Assembly (NCBI GenBank): GCA_015486105.1
Contig: WFSI01000033.1
Location: 1 to 51,041, forward strand
Origin: Aquificota bacterium
Lineage (GTDB): Bacteria > Thermosulfidibacterota > Thermosulfidibacteria > Thermosulfidibacterales > B14-G1
Reading direction: 5' to 3'
Length of the DNA: 51,041 bases
Part shown: piece by piece, positions 29,831 to 40,753 of the stretch
Numbering within the stretch: the stretch's first letter is position 1
Layout of the letters: every line of letters starts with the position of its first letter
Notes under the pieces: generated by a model
Database searches by the model: none
What the model saw: the letters and a program-made list of their open reading frames with translations, nothing else
Told to the model about the DNA's origin: nothing
Position numbers and translations under genes: made by a program

Positions 29831-30019
29831 GGCCCCTTCTATATCAAGTCCTAAAAAAGAGACTTGATGGCTTCTGCTAAAGCCCGGAAAACCTTTGACC
29901 CGTTATCAGGGCCCATCAAAATTCAAACCCCCTTACTCTTTATTTTATTACTACTATCATAACACTTTCCCCTTAGGAAAAGGATTGATGGGAACCTCCC
30001 TCTGAGGTATAGATGCTCC

Positions 30020-30505
30020 ATGAAAAGTCTAAGGGTATCATCTGCCATGTTTATCCCCTTGACCATCATAGTAGTGGTGGCTCTACTCCTTTCTGGACTT
30101 TACGGCCTTAAAGGGGAAAAGGTTCAAATGGCCATCACTATAGCCTTGGCCCTTCCCCTCCTCTTCATCCTTTTGGGTTGGTGGAGAAGGAAACTCACAT
30201 GGGATAATGATTCTATAGAATACAGAGGATTCCTAAGCACCAAGAGAATCCCCTGGGAAAAGATCACAGAAGTGCGCTTTTTCAGAGCAGGGATGAAAAA
30301 GGTCCTCTACATAGGCGGCAGAGAGGAAGTCCTTTTCATACCCCTTATTTTCTCCCATCAAGATGAACTGGCACAAGTCCTTCAAAAACTCTCCTTAGAG
30401 GAGCCCATCTCTCCCTCTGCGCTACGCCTCTCATGGGTAGAAACCCTCATCTTATGGACGGGTGCCCTCCTCTTAATTATCATCTTTATCACCAAGGCAT
30501 TTTAG
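30020..30505 (+). CDS. hypothetical membrane protein (two N-terminal TM segments, a PH-like middle, one C-terminal TM segment)
   Basis: 161-aa ORF with hydrophobic segments at both ends. No motif recognised with confidence. Confidence 0.45.
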   Translation: MKSLRVSSAMFIPLTIIVVVALLLSGLYGLKGEKVQMAITIALALPLLFILLGWWRRKLTWDNDSIEYRGFLSTKRIPWEKITEVRFFRAGMKKVLYIGGREEVLFIPLIFSHQDELAQVLQKLSLEEPISPSALRLSWVETLILWTGALLLIIIFITKAF

Positions 30506-30514
30506 GAGGATCCC

Positions 30515-32050
30515 TTGGAAGACAAGATTCTCATTCTTGACTTCGGTTCCCAGTATACCCAACTGATTGCCCGACGCATTCGGGAATTGAAGGTCTACTC
30601 TGAGATAAGACCTTACTATACACCATTGGAAGAGGTGCTATCCTTCTATCCAAGGGGAATCGTTCTGTCGGGGGGACCTTCCAGCATCCATGATCCCCAG
30701 GCACCCTTCTGCTCAGAAAAGATCCTCCAGCTACCATGCCCTGTCTTGGGCATCTGCTACGGAATGCAACTCATGGCCCACCTATGCGGAGGACAAGTAG
30801 AAAAGGCTATGAAAAGGGAATATGGCAAGGCCTCCTTGGAAATCTTGGACAACAGAGACCTTTTTCAGGGCCTCCCTCAAAAGATCCAGGTATGGATGAG
30901 CCACGGAGACAAGGTCCTTACCCTTCCCCCAGGCTTTGGAATCCTGGCCAGGACAGAAAACTCCCCTTACGCTGCCATGGCCAACCGGGAAATGTCCCTC
31001 TATAGCCTTCAGTTCCATCCCGAAGTTGCCCACACACCCCAGGGAAAATCCATTCTCTCCAATTTTCTCTTCAACATCTGCAAATGCAAACCCACATGGA
31101 CCATGGAATCCTTCTTAGAAAAGAGCATGAAAGACATCCAAAGGGAGGTGGGTAAAGAAAGGATTCTCTGTGCCCTATCAGGAGGAATAGACTCCAGCGT
31201 GGTAGCCCTCTTGGTACATAAATCTGTAGACGATCAACTCACATGTATCTTCGTAGACAACGGCCTCTTGCGCCGCGGAGAGGCTGATAGGGTACAGGAA
31301 ACCTTTGCCCGACACTTTCATATGAACGTACGATTCGTAGACGCCTCTGAAAGATTTCTAAACCGCCTCAAAGGGGTAACAGATCCTGAAACCAAGAGGA
31401 AAATCATTGGAGAAGAGTTCATAAGGGTTTTTGAAGAGGAAGCCAAAAAACTAGGGGAAGTAAACTTTCTGGCCCAGGGCACCCTCTATCCCGATGTGAT
31501 AGAGAGCGTATCGGTAAAAGGTCCATCGGTTACCATCAAGAGTCATCACAATGTGGGAGGACTTCCAGAAAAGCTCCCCTTTCAGCTCCTGGAACCCTTG
31601 AGGGAACTCTTCAAAGACGAAGTCCGGAAACTGGGCCGCATCATGGGCATCCCTCAAGAGATAGTGGGACGTCAACCCTTCCCTGGTCCCGGGCTGGGGG
31701 TAAGGATTATAGGAGAGGTGACCCAAGAGAGGCTTAGGATCCTTAGGGAAGCCGACGCCATTGTGGAAGAAGAAATCAAAAGGGAAGGACTCTATTACAA
31801 GATGTGGCAGTCCTTTGCCGTCCTTCTCCCCGTCAAAACCGTGGGGGTTATGGGTGACGAGCGCACCTACGAATATGTCATCGCCATCAGGGCCGTAGAG
31901 AGCTTAGACGGCATGACCGCCGACTGGATTAAACTCCCCTATCATCTCTTAGAAAAGCTATCCAACCGCATCATCAACGAGGTAAAAGGAATAAACAGGG
32001 TAGTCTATGACATCAGCTCCAAACCTCCAAGTACCATCGAATGGGAATAG
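30515..32050 (+). CDS. guaA: GMP synthase (glutamine-hydrolysing)
   Basis: 511 aa with the GATase Cys (GICYGMQL), the PP-loop SGGIDSSV, and a C-terminal KPPSTIEWE. Start is TTG. Confidence 0.94.
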   Translation: MEDKILILDFGSQYTQLIARRIRELKVYSEIRPYYTPLEEVLSFYPRGIVLSGGPSSIHDPQAPFCSEKILQLPCPVLGICYGMQLMAHLCGGQVEKAMKREYGKASLEILDNRDLFQGLPQKIQVWMSHGDKVLTLPPGFGILARTENSPYAAMANREMSLYSLQFHPEVAHTPQGKSILSNFLFNICKCKPTWTMESFLEKSMKDIQREVGKERILCALSGGIDSSVVALLVHKSVDDQLTCIFVDNGLLRRGEADRVQETFARHFHMNVRFVDASERFLNRLKGVTDPETKRKIIGEEFIRVFEEEAKKLGEVNFLAQGTLYPDVIESVSVKGPSVTIKSHHNVGGLPEKLPFQLLEPLRELFKDEVRKLGRIMGIPQEIVGRQPFPGPGLGVRIIGEVTQERLRILREADAIVEEEIKREGLYYKMWQSFAVLLPVKTVGVMGDERTYEYVIAIRAVESLDGMTADWIKLPYHLLEKLSNRIINEVKGINRVVYDISSKPPSTIEWE

Positions 32051-32089
32051 ACAATCCAAAAAACACTTGCAAGACCTTTAAAAGGCTGC

Positions 32090-32719
32090 TTACACAGACT
32101 CGCTTTCCCCAGGCACCACCAACCCAGAAAGGATGGCGTATCTCACCATAGAAGCAGTGTTTTTGAGAGCCAGCTTCCTCATGATATTGGCCCTATGAGT
32201 GTTAGCCGTTCTCACGCTTATGTTAAGGATAGCCGCTATCTCCCTCCCTGTATATCCATGGGCTATCAATTTCAATATCTCCTTCTCTCTTGGAGATAGA
32301 TAACCTCTTCTCCTCTTTTTCCCCTTTAAAGATAGAAAATCCTCTCCTCCAACCACCCTTTCAAGGAGCTTCATCATGGAAGGTACATCCTGATCCTTCA
32401 CCACGTATGCCGAGGCTCCGGCATCCCTGGCCTGCTCTTTAAACTCATCCCGGCCGTACATGGTAAGCATGACCACTTTCGTGTCGGGCAGGGCCTCCTT
32501 AATGAGGCTGCATACCTGAAAGCCATCTAAATCAGGCAAGGCCACGTCTACCAATACTAAATCGGGTTTGAGAGCCCTGATCTCTTCTATAGCCTCTCCC
32601 CCTCTCGAAGCTTCTCCCAACAACTTATACTGCCCCTTTCCCTCGCCAAGGAGTATCCTCTTCAACCCCTCCCGGAACAGAGAATGATCATCCAGTATGT
32701 ATACCCTGACACTCCCCAT
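32090..32719 (-). CDS. NarL/LuxR-family response regulator
   Basis: 209 aa with a receiver domain (ILDDH...LVLVDVALPDLDG) and a LuxR HTH (LSPREKEILKLIAHGYTGREIA). Confidence 0.88.
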   Translation of the reverse strand: MGSVRVYILDDHSLFREGLKRILLGEGKGQYKLLGEASRGGEAIEEIRALKPDLVLVDVALPDLDGFQVCSLIKEALPDTKVVMLTMYGRDEFKEQARDAGASAYVVKDQDVPSMMKLLERVVGGEDFLSLKGKKRRRGYLSPREKEILKLIAHGYTGREIAAILNISVRTANTHRANIMRKLALKNTASMVRYAILSGLVVPGESESV

Positions 32720-32850
32720 AAACCACTGCCCTCTTTTTCATTATTTTTGACGACCTTATATAACATAGTCTCCTTTAAAAGAGCAAGTCAAGGCCCAATG
32801 TCACTTCTATCCCTTGAGTATGAAAGTAAAAAGGAATAAAAACCGCATTC

Positions 32851-33966
32851 ATGGGATTCCTTAAGATCATCATAGACCGAGAAACCCTAAAAAATAACCT
32901 TAGGGAAATCAGACGTATGCTACCTGCCAATGTGGCCATTGGAGCCGTGGTAAAATCCCAGGCCTATGGCCACGGCATGGTAGAGTGCGCCCAGGCATTC
33001 TCCCAAGAAGGAGCCAGATTTCTGATAGTATCCCTCATAGACGAAGGAGTCACCCTCCGGGAAAAGGGACTACGAAAGAGGATCATCCTCATAGGAGGGA
33101 TATGGCCCCAGGAAGCCAAGGATTGTATCGTCCATGGACTCACACCAGTGGTGAGTGGCTTGGAGGTAGTACGGGCCCTATCCAAAGCCTCTCAGGAGCT
33201 CCAGATGAAAGCCCTTATCCATGTAAAAGTAGACACAGGAATGGGTAGATTGGGAATACCCTTAGAAGAGTGGAGGGACTCTTTGGATGAGATCACATCC
33301 CTCCCTGGCATCGTCGTGGAAGGTCTCATGTCTCACTTTTCCGTGGCTGACAGCCCCGAGAGAAGCGACATAGCCTACACTCAACAACAACTGAAACTCT
33401 TCGAAAAAGTGGTAGAAGAAGCCAAAGACAAGCTCCCCCATCTGAAATGGATTCACTTAGCCAACTCTGCAGGCACCATTCAACTCCCCCAAGCCCACTG
33501 GACTTTGGTAAGGCCCGGCCTTAGCCTCTACGGAGGGGTAAGGGTGCCTGGCTCATCTATAAGAGAGGCTATGGAGGTATCCAGTAAGATCCTTCACATC
33601 AAACGGGTACCCCCAGGACGCTTTTTGAGCTACGGTAGGGCCTTCAGGACTAGCAGGGAAACCCGCGTAGGAGTAATTCCTGTGGGTTACGCCTTGGGAT
33701 ACCTGAGAAGCCTCTCCAACCAGGGAGAGATGCTGGTAATGGGAAAAAGGGCTCCTGTCCTGGGAAAGGTCTGCATGGACCTTACCCTTATCGACCTCAC
33801 CCATATCCCCCAAGCAAATCCTGGGGATCCCGTGATAATCATGGGGGGCAAGGGAAAGAACAGAATCTCTGTATTCGAGATTTCCCAATGGATGAAAACT
33901 ATCCCCTACGAGGTCTTCTGCCTTCTGGGAGGCTCCTACTCAGGAAAAAGGGTATACATCAATTAG
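32851..33966 (+). CDS. alr: alanine racemase
   Basis: 371 aa with the PLP-lysine motif AVVKSQAYGHG and a C-terminal beta domain (SYGRAF...GKVCMDL). Confidence 0.9.
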   Translation: MGFLKIIIDRETLKNNLREIRRMLPANVAIGAVVKSQAYGHGMVECAQAFSQEGARFLIVSLIDEGVTLREKGLRKRIILIGGIWPQEAKDCIVHGLTPVVSGLEVVRALSKASQELQMKALIHVKVDTGMGRLGIPLEEWRDSLDEITSLPGIVVEGLMSHFSVADSPERSDIAYTQQQLKLFEKVVEEAKDKLPHLKWIHLANSAGTIQLPQAHWTLVRPGLSLYGGVRVPGSSIREAMEVSSKILHIKRVPPGRFLSYGRAFRTSRETRVGVIPVGYALGYLRSLSNQGEMLVMGKRAPVLGKVCMDLTLIDLTHIPQANPGDPVIIMGGKGKNRISVFEISQWMKTIPYEVFCLLGGSYSGKRVYIN

Positions 33967-33977
33967 TGGTCCCGCAC

Positions 33978-34862
33978 CTAAGCCCTGGGATGACTCTTCT
34001 TGTAAACCTTGGCCAAATGGGACCGGGCCACATGGGTGTAAATCTGGGTAGTAGATATGTCGGCATGGCCCAGAAGCTCCTGAATAACCCTCAAGTCCGC
34101 ACCCCTTTCCAGGAGATGGGTAGCAAAGGAATGACGCAGGGTATGGGGAGAGATCCTTTTGGTTATCCCCACAGCCCGAGCATAACCCTTCACTAACTGC
34201 CAGAACCTCTGGCGGGTCATACTCCCCCCCCTGGTTGTGAGAAAGAGATAGGGAGATCCCTTCTTATCCATTTCCCTCCTAATTTGAAGATACCTCTTCA
34301 ACCAATCGATGGCCTCCTGTCCCATGGGCACTACCCTTTCCTTCTGCCCCTTTCCCTGGAGACGCACAAGGCCCTCCTCCAGATCCACATCCATGAGTCT
34401 CAGACCCACCAACTCGGACACCCTCACCCCTGTAGCATAAAGAAGCTCCAGCATGGTCCTGTCCCTAAGACCCAAAGGGGTTTGAGACTGTGGTGCCTCC
34501 AGTAAACGGTCCACCTCTGACAAATCCAGGACATGAGGAAGGGCCTTCCAGGTTTTAGGGGTGTCCACATCCTCCGTAGGATCCCGCGAAATGAGACCCG
34601 CCTCCATCACAAAGACATAAAACCCCCTTAAAGCAGAAAAACGGCGCCTGATGGTCGAAGGGGAAAGACCCCTGCTTGCCAAATGCATGAGGTATCCAGA
34701 AAAGGTCCTGGGACTCACCATCAAGGGCCCCTCCCCCACCACAGAAAGGTACCCCACAAAATCGCCCAGATCTCTCTTGTAGCCTTCCAGGGTATGAGGA
34801 GAAAGCCCCCTCTCTACAGAGAGAAAGGTCAAGTATCGCTGAAACAGATTCCCAATCTCCAT
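33978..34862 (-). CDS. xerD: site-specific tyrosine recombinase
   Basis: 294 aa with a SAM-like N-domain and a catalytic R..HxxR..Y set ([37 protein letters not shown]). XerD versus XerC was assigned by context only. Confidence 0.8.
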   Translation of the reverse strand: MEIGNLFQRYLTFLSVERGLSPHTLEGYKRDLGDFVGYLSVVGEGPLMVSPRTFSGYLMHLASRGLSPSTIRRRFSALRGFYVFVMEAGLISRDPTEDVDTPKTWKALPHVLDLSEVDRLLEAPQSQTPLGLRDRTMLELLYATGVRVSELVGLRLMDVDLEEGLVRLQGKGQKERVVPMGQEAIDWLKRYLQIRREMDKKGSPYLFLTTRGGSMTRQRFWQLVKGYARAVGITKRISPHTLRHSFATHLLERGADLRVIQELLGHADISTTQIYTHVARSHLAKVYKKSHPRA

Positions 34863-34924
34863 GATTTATATTATATCACTATAAAGGCTTGCCATTCCAT
34901 CCCTCATCCCTTTATCATTCAATT

Positions 34925-35803
34925 ATGGCTAATTTAAGGAGCATGACCGGATACGGCAAAGGAGAAAGTCAAGGGAAAGATGTCAGGGTGGAAGTAGAAG
35001 TTAAAAGTGTCAACCACCGGTTCTTGGAAATCTCCCCCCGACTTCCCCGCTCCCTCATGGCCCTTGAGCCCAGAATAAGGGAAAAGGTAATGGAGACGTG
35101 CCACCGGGGAAAGGTAGACACCCTTTTCACTATCATCCCTTTGAAAGAAGGGTACTTGGAAGTTGAAGTCGACCTAGAAAAGGCCCTAGCCCTATGGAAA
35201 GGCATGGAGACCTTGGCGGGAAAACTGGGGCGGGAAGGGGAACTCCACCTCTCCCACCTTTTGACCCATCAGGACATTTTACTCATCAAGGAGAAAAAAC
35301 AGGATCTTCAAGCCCTCTGGCAGGTAATAGAGGCAGCCCTGGACAAGGCCTTGAAAAACCTAATAACGGAGAGGGAACGGGAGGGAGAAAACTTGAAAAA
35401 GGACCTGCTTAAGCACCTGGAAAACATGGGGCATCTTCTCAAAGAGATCGCCCAAAGGGCCCCAGATCTCCCTCAGCTTTACAGGGCCAAATTGGAGAAA
35501 CGCCTCCAAGAACTCCAGGTGGAAGTGCCTCCCGAAAGACTGGCCCAAGAAGTAGCTATCATAGCCGACAAAACCGACTTAACAGAAGAGCTGGTAAGGC
35601 TAAAGACCCACCTTGAGGAACTGGAAAAGACCTTGGAGGAAGGGTCCCCTTGTGGAAAGAAAATGGATTTTCTGGCCCAAGAATCCCTAAGAGAGAGCAA
35701 CACCATAGCCTCTAAAGCCCAAGATGTCCAGATTGCCCACTTAGTGGTAGAGGTCAAAGGAGAAATTGAAAAAATCAGGGAGCAGATCCAGAATATAGAG
35801 TGA
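34925..35803 (+). CDS. yicC: YicC-family stress-induced protein
   Basis: ORF 34889..35803 with the family N-terminus MANLRSMTGYG, giving a start at ATG 34925. It has a coiled-coil centre and a conserved C-terminal EIEKIREQIQNIE. Confidence 0.85.
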   Translation: MANLRSMTGYGKGESQGKDVRVEVEVKSVNHRFLEISPRLPRSLMALEPRIREKVMETCHRGKVDTLFTIIPLKEGYLEVEVDLEKALALWKGMETLAGKLGREGELHLSHLLTHQDILLIKEKKQDLQALWQVIEAALDKALKNLITEREREGENLKKDLLKHLENMGHLLKEIAQRAPDLPQLYRAKLEKRLQELQVEVPPERLAQEVAIIADKTDLTEELVRLKTHLEELEKTLEEGSPCGKKMDFLAQESLRESNTIASKAQDVQIAHLVVEVKGEIEKIREQIQNIE

Positions 35804-36405
35804 TGAAAATAAAGAGACGAGGCATACTCTTTGTGGTCTCTGCCCCATCAGGGGCAGGGAAAACCACCCTTTGCCGAGAGGCAATGAAGAAACTGAAAGG
35901 AGTGGCCTTTTCCATATCCTATACCACTCGCCCAGCTAGGCCTGGAGAAAGGGAAGGGGTGGACTACAGATTTGTGAAAGAAGAGACCTTTCTGGAGATG
36001 GTAGAGAAGGGGGAAATAGCAGAATGGGCCAGGGTCTACGATCACCTATACGGTACCCCTTTGCCCCCCTTAAACCAGGCCATTGAAAAAGGAGAAGACC
36101 TGTTTCTCGACATAGACATACAGGGAGCCTCCCAGATCAAGGCCAAATTCCCTGATGATACAGTGGCCATCTATGTCTTTCCCCCTTCCCTCAAAACCCT
36201 AAGAGAAAGGCTCACCCACAGGGACACCGATCCTACACCGGAGATTAAAAAACGATGGGAGAAAGCAGAAGAGGAAATAGCCATGTACCCTTTTTTTCAC
36301 TATTTCATAGTCAATGACAACTTGGAAGAAGCCGTGGAATATCTTGCTAACATTGTCAATGCCGAACGCCACAGGATAAACCGCATCCAGGAGCTGAAAT
36401 GGTAA
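35800..36405 (+). CDS. gmk: guanylate kinase
   Basis: 201 aa with the P-loop SAPSGAGKTT and TTRPARPGEREGVDY. Confidence 0.92.
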   Translation: MMKIKRRGILFVVSAPSGAGKTTLCREAMKKLKGVAFSISYTTRPARPGEREGVDYRFVKEETFLEMVEKGEIAEWARVYDHLYGTPLPPLNQAIEKGEDLFLDIDIQGASQIKAKFPDDTVAIYVFPPSLKTLRERLTHRDTDPTPEIKKRWEKAEEEIAMYPFFHYFIVNDNLEEAVEYLANIVNAERHRINRIQELKW

Positions 36406-37274
36406 CCCTCCTGGAACGCTACAGAGATTACCTCCTCCATGAAAAAGGCTATTCTCCCCACACGATAAGGAACTATTCGAGAGATATAGGCGAGCTACAA
36501 GGATTCCTAAGGGAAAGGGAGATAGAAATCGCTCAAGTCTCCTCTTGGGACCTAAGAAACTATCTCCTATACTGCAAGAGAAGGGGTTTGGCCTCCACTA
36601 GCCTTGCCAGGAGGGTTGCTTCCATCAGGAGCTTCTATGCCTTCCTTAAATCCCAAGAGATCATAAATGGCAACCCTGCCAGGTTACTCCGGACCCCAAA
36701 AAAGAGGAAACCCCTCCCCCGAATACTCTCCCAAAGGGAAACCACCAAACTCCTGGATAGAAGCTCCACGAACTCCCGAGACAAAGCCATCCTCGAGGTT
36801 CTTTATGCCACTGGCATTAGAGTTTCGGAACTGGTGGGACTCAACTTAGAGGATATAGACCTGGCTCAAGGTCAGATAAGGGTTATGGGAAAAGGCAAGA
36901 AAGAGAGAATAACACTAATGGGCACCAAGGCCATAGAAGCCCTTAAAGTCTATCTCAAGGAGAGAAGTATCTATGAGAAAAGGGGGGACAAGGCCCTCTT
37001 CGTCACCCCAAGGGGCAGGATGTCCGACACCACAGTCAGAAGGATCATCAAAAAGGCATCCATCACCTCAGGGCTGGGAAAGCCCGTCACCCCCCACACC
37101 TTCCGCCACTCCTTCGCCACCCACCTATTAGAAAGGGGAGCCGATCTCAGGTCCCTCCAGGAACTTCTGGGCCACGTCAACCTCTCTACCACCCAGATCT
37201 ACACCCACCTCACCAGAAAGCGACTAAAGGAGATTTACAACAAGGCCCATCCCCGGGCCAGGAGGAAAAGTTGA
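36399..37274 (+). CDS. xerC: site-specific tyrosine recombinase
   Basis: 291 aa with the same catalytic signature ([37 protein letters not shown]). It lies immediately upstream of hslVU, the conserved xerC(codV)-hslV-hslU arrangement. Confidence 0.82.
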   Translation: MVTLLERYRDYLLHEKGYSPHTIRNYSRDIGELQGFLREREIEIAQVSSWDLRNYLLYCKRRGLASTSLARRVASIRSFYAFLKSQEIINGNPARLLRTPKKRKPLPRILSQRETTKLLDRSSTNSRDKAILEVLYATGIRVSELVGLNLEDIDLAQGQIRVMGKGKKERITLMGTKAIEALKVYLKERSIYEKRGDKALFVTPRGRMSDTTVRRIIKKASITSGLGKPVTPHTFRHSFATHLLERGADLRSLQELLGHVNLSTTQIYTHLTRKRLKEIYNKAHPRARRKS

Positions 37275-37810
37275 TGGAAGAAATAACCAGAACCACTATC
37301 GTAGCTGTAAGAAAAGGGAGCAAAATAGCAGTAGCAGGAGACGGTCAGGTCACTCTGGGCAACACCGTTCTCAAAGCCAAAGCCAAAAAGGTGAGAAAAA
37401 TTTACAAAGACAAGGTAATAGTGGGATTTGCAGGAGCATCGGCCGATGCTTTCACCCTCATGATGCGCCTGGAAGAAAAACTGGAAGCCTACAGCGGAAA
37501 CTTGGCCCGGGCAGCCGTAGAGCTGGCCCGGGACTGGAGGACAGACAGAGTTCTTAGACGCCTAGAAGCCTTCCTTGTAGCCGCAGACGAAGAGAGATCT
37601 TTCCTCATCTCAGGCACAGGAGACGTAATAGAGCCCGATGACGGTCTCATGGCCATTGGTTCAGGTGGACCTTATGCCTTAGCAGCCGCCCGGGCCCTTA
37701 TAACCCATACCGACTTAAACCCCAAAAAAATAGCCTTGGAAGCTCTAAGAATCGCTTCAAGCATCTGCATATACACCAACCAAGAAGTCTTGGTAGAGGA
37801 GCTGGGATAA
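37271..37810 (+). CDS. hslV: ATP-dependent protease subunit HslV
   Basis: 179 aa with the N-terminal nucleophile region TTIVAVRKG and the GSGGPYA motif. Confidence 0.93.
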   Translation: MMEEITRTTIVAVRKGSKIAVAGDGQVTLGNTVLKAKAKKVRKIYKDKVIVGFAGASADAFTLMMRLEEKLEAYSGNLARAAVELARDWRTDRVLRRLEAFLVAADEERSFLISGTGDVIEPDDGLMAIGSGGPYALAAARALITHTDLNPKKIALEALRIASSICIYTNQEVLVEELG

Positions 37811-39168
37811 TGGAATGCCTGACCCCCAAAGAAATAGTAGAGTCCTTAGACAGATTTATTATAGGCCAGGAAGAAGCCAAAAAGGCTGTAGCCATAGCCT
37901 TAAGAAACAGATGGAGACGGCAGCAGCTCCCTCCCCATTTAAAGGAAGAGGTCCTGCCCAAGAATATCATCATGATGGGGCCCACAGGGGTAGGGAAAAC
38001 AGAAATTGCCCGGAGACTGGCCCGCTTAGCCAAAGCCCCCTTTATCAAGGTGGAGGCATCCAAGTTCACGGAAGTGGGCTACGTAGGAAGAGATGTAGAG
38101 TCTATCATCAGGGACCTCACCAAACTAGCCGTTCAGATGATCAAAAGGGAAGCCACAGAGCAAGTTCAAACAAAAGCCAAAGCCAATGCCGAGGAAAGAC
38201 TTTTAGACATCCTCTTGCCACCTCCCCCCGTAGAAAAGAAGACCCACGCCCTTACCCCCCAAGAAGAGGAGGCCCGGGAGCAGCACAAAAGGACCAGAGA
38301 AAAACTGAGGGAGATGCTGAAACAGGGAAAGTTAGATGACAGAGCAGTCGAGATAGAAACGGAAGAAAAGGGATCCAGTGCCGCCATAGAGGTAATTAGT
38401 TCTTCAGGCCTTGAGGACATGGATATCAACTTTCGGGACCTCTTAGGAAACCTCTTCCCCAAGAAGTACAAGAAGAGGAGAGTGAAAGTCCCCGAGGCAC
38501 TGGACATTTTCACAGAGGAAGAGGCCCAACGCCTCATCGATATGGATCAGGTGGTGAAGGAAGCCATAAAACGGGTAGAAAACTCGGGGATAGTGTTCTT
38601 GGATGAGATAGACAAAATAGCCGGCCGAGAGGGAGGCCATGGGCCCGACGTCTCCCGGGAAGGGGTTCAGAGGGACCTTTTGCCCATCGTGGAAGGCACA
38701 ACGGTAGCCACAAAATACGGGATGGTCCGGACAGACCATATTCTATTCATAGCAGCAGGGGCCTTCCACGTGTCCAAACCCTCGGATCTTATACCTGAGC
38801 TCCAGGGACGGTTCCCTATTCGGGTAGAGTTGAAGAGCCTCACCAAACAGGACTTCATCAGGATTCTCACCGAGCCAGAAAACGCCCTTATCAAACAGTA
38901 CAAAGCCCTCATGGAAACCGAAGGGATTCGCTTAAAATGTATGCCAGAGGCCGTGGAAGAAGTGGCAGACATCTCAGTTAGGCTAAACGAGAAGATGGAA
39001 AACATCGGAGCCAGGAGACTGTACACCGTCATGGAAAAGGTTTTGGAAGATCTCTCCTTCCATGCCCCGGATATGGGAGGAAAGGAAATCGCCATTGATG
39101 TCGCCTATGTAAGGGAAAGGCTAGAATCCATCATAAAAGACGAGGATCTAAGTAGGTATATCCTTTAG
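37810..39168 (+). CDS. hslU: ATP-dependent protease ATPase subunit HslU
   Basis: 452 aa with LTPKEIV, Walker A ([15 protein letters not shown]), Walker B ([10 protein letters not shown]) and an I-domain insertion. Confidence 0.94.
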   Translation: MECLTPKEIVESLDRFIIGQEEAKKAVAIALRNRWRRQQLPPHLKEEVLPKNIIMMGPTGVGKTEIARRLARLAKAPFIKVEASKFTEVGYVGRDVESIIRDLTKLAVQMIKREATEQVQTKAKANAEERLLDILLPPPPVEKKTHALTPQEEEAREQHKRTREKLREMLKQGKLDDRAVEIETEEKGSSAAIEVISSSGLEDMDINFRDLLGNLFPKKYKKRRVKVPEALDIFTEEEAQRLIDMDQVVKEAIKRVENSGIVFLDEIDKIAGREGGHGPDVSREGVQRDLLPIVEGTTVATKYGMVRTDHILFIAAGAFHVSKPSDLIPELQGRFPIRVELKSLTKQDFIRILTEPENALIKQYKALMETEGIRLKCMPEAVEEVADISVRLNEKMENIGARRLYTVMEKVLEDLSFHAPDMGGKEIAIDVAYVRERLESIIKDEDLSRYIL

Positions 39169-39204
39169 ATCATATGAATTATATTAAAACCGGGAGGCGG
39201 AAAG

Positions 39205-40086
39205 ATGAACCTTACACCCAAGATCATGGAGACTATGCAGACGGGAATGGCACAAAAGATCCTCATAGTGCCCAAATCCCCTATGCTACTACGAATTGGC
39301 AGAATCACCAGCCCATTGGATCCTTATACCGTCTCTCCTCAAGACGTAAAGGACACCCTAAGCGGCCTTGCCACCATAGCCAACTATCAAATAGTGGTAG
39401 GATCAGGTAAGATCAGCAACGGCACCTTCACCCTCTCCACCCACGACGTAGGTAGGCTCCGGGTAAACTTCATTATCCAAAGGGGTACACCTGTGATCTT
39501 TGTAGAGAGGGTCCCTTCCCAAATACCCTCCATCAATGAACGGATACCCCAAGTGGAAGTGAAAAGGAGACTCGTAGGCCTATTGGAAGCCGAGACAGGC
39601 ATCATCCTCTTCACGGGAAACGATGCAGAAGAAACGGCAGAGGTAGTATACGCCGTTCTGAAAAACATCAACGACAACGAAAACAAGATCCTATGCACCG
39701 TAGAGAAACCCCTGAGGTACATCCTCAACAATAAAAAATCCGTGGTGATCCAAAGGGAGGTGGGCGTAGATGTGGATAGCGTGGCCCACGGTATAAACCA
39801 GAGCAGCTTCTTAAAAGCTGATATCCTTTACATCAGCGACATCCCCGACAAAAAATCTCTCGACGAACTCATCCAGGTTGCCAACAAGAGGACCCTATGC
39901 TTAGTGATGTTCCCTTCGTGGTCCCCTTCCCTGGCCATCAAGTCCCTCCAACACCTCCATGGATCCCCAGACCTATTTTCCCAGGTGGTCAAAGAACTCC
40001 TGCTGGGAGTGATCCACCTAGGGGAAAAAGGAGCAATGACCCTGTACACCCAAGAAGACAAAGAGGCCTTGCTTCATGGGGCTTGA
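39205..40086 (+). CDS. PilT/GspE-like protein with degenerate ATPase motifs (probable pseudo-ATPase)
   Basis: 293 aa, collinear with PilT (GRLRVNFIIQRG, VPSQIPS, VVIQREVGVD). Walker A reads GNDAEETA, the Asp box reads EKP, Walker B reads DILYISDIPD, and the His box reads KRTLCLVMFPS. Confidence 0.6.
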   Translation: MNLTPKIMETMQTGMAQKILIVPKSPMLLRIGRITSPLDPYTVSPQDVKDTLSGLATIANYQIVVGSGKISNGTFTLSTHDVGRLRVNFIIQRGTPVIFVERVPSQIPSINERIPQVEVKRRLVGLLEAETGIILFTGNDAEETAEVVYAVLKNINDNENKILCTVEKPLRYILNNKKSVVIQREVGVDVDSVAHGINQSSFLKADILYISDIPDKKSLDELIQVANKRTLCLVMFPSWSPSLAIKSLQHLHGSPDLFSQVVKELLLGVIHLGEKGAMTLYTQEDKEALLHGA

Positions 40087-40753
40087 ATCCACCATCCAGC
40101 AGATTGCCCTGGCTGCTCCTCCCCTCCTCTTCTCCATCACCTGTCACGAGGTCTCCCATGGGTATGTGGCCTACCGCTTGGGAGACCCTACAGCCAAAGA
40201 AGCAGGAAGGCTCACCCTCAACCCCCTGAAGCACTTGGATCCCTTAGGGCTCCTGGTATTTGTGGTGACCCGCTTCATCGGATGGGCAAAACCTGTGCCT
40301 GTAAATCCCTGGAACCTGAAAGACCCCATAAAGGGCATGATGTGGGTGGCCCTGGCAGGACCCACCACCAACTTCCTCTTGGCCATTACCCTGGCTATCC
40401 CCTTTCAGCTCCTCTACAGGACGGACCCCATCCTCTCCAGATACCTCATTGTCTTCTTCCGCACGGGCCGCATACCTCCCCTGGAAGGCATCCATTACCT
40501 TTTAGTACCCCTATTTCTTATGATGGCCATGGGCATCATCATCAACGTCGCCCTGGGATTCTTCAACCTCCTGCCCATACCCCCTCTGGATGGAGGAAGG
40601 ATAGTAACAGGCCTCCTCCCCTCTTCCATGGCCAAGGAATACGCCCGAATAGAGCCTTACGGGCTAATTATTCTAGTGGTCTTCCTGGTTTTCGGGGGAT
40701 TCAAATTTATCTCCCCCCTTATCTGGAAGGTGGCCATCCTCCTCATGGGGTAA
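40076..40753 (+). CDS. M50-family (site-2 protease-like) membrane metallopeptidase
   Basis: 225 aa, polytopic, with the HEVSHG zinc motif in TM1 and a distal NLLPIPPLDGG motif. Confidence 0.85.
   Translation: MGLESTIQQIALAAPPLLFSITCHEVSHGYVAYRLGDPTAKEAGRLTLNPLKHLDPLGLLVFVVTRFIGWAKPVPVNPWNLKDPIKGMMWVALAGPTTNFLLAITLAIPFQLLYRTDPILSRYLIVFFRTGRIPPLEGIHYLLVPLFLMMAMGIIINVALGFFNLLPIPPLDGGRIVTGLLPSSMAKEYARIEPYGLIILVVFLVFGGFKFISPLIWKVAILLMG

Noticed and set aside
33978-37274. Two tyrosine recombinase genes close together as a sign of an integrative element.
   Set aside because: Both have the full XerC/XerD signature. One is in the conserved xerC-hslVU arrangement, and the genes between them (yicC, gmk) are housekeeping genes with host-like composition.
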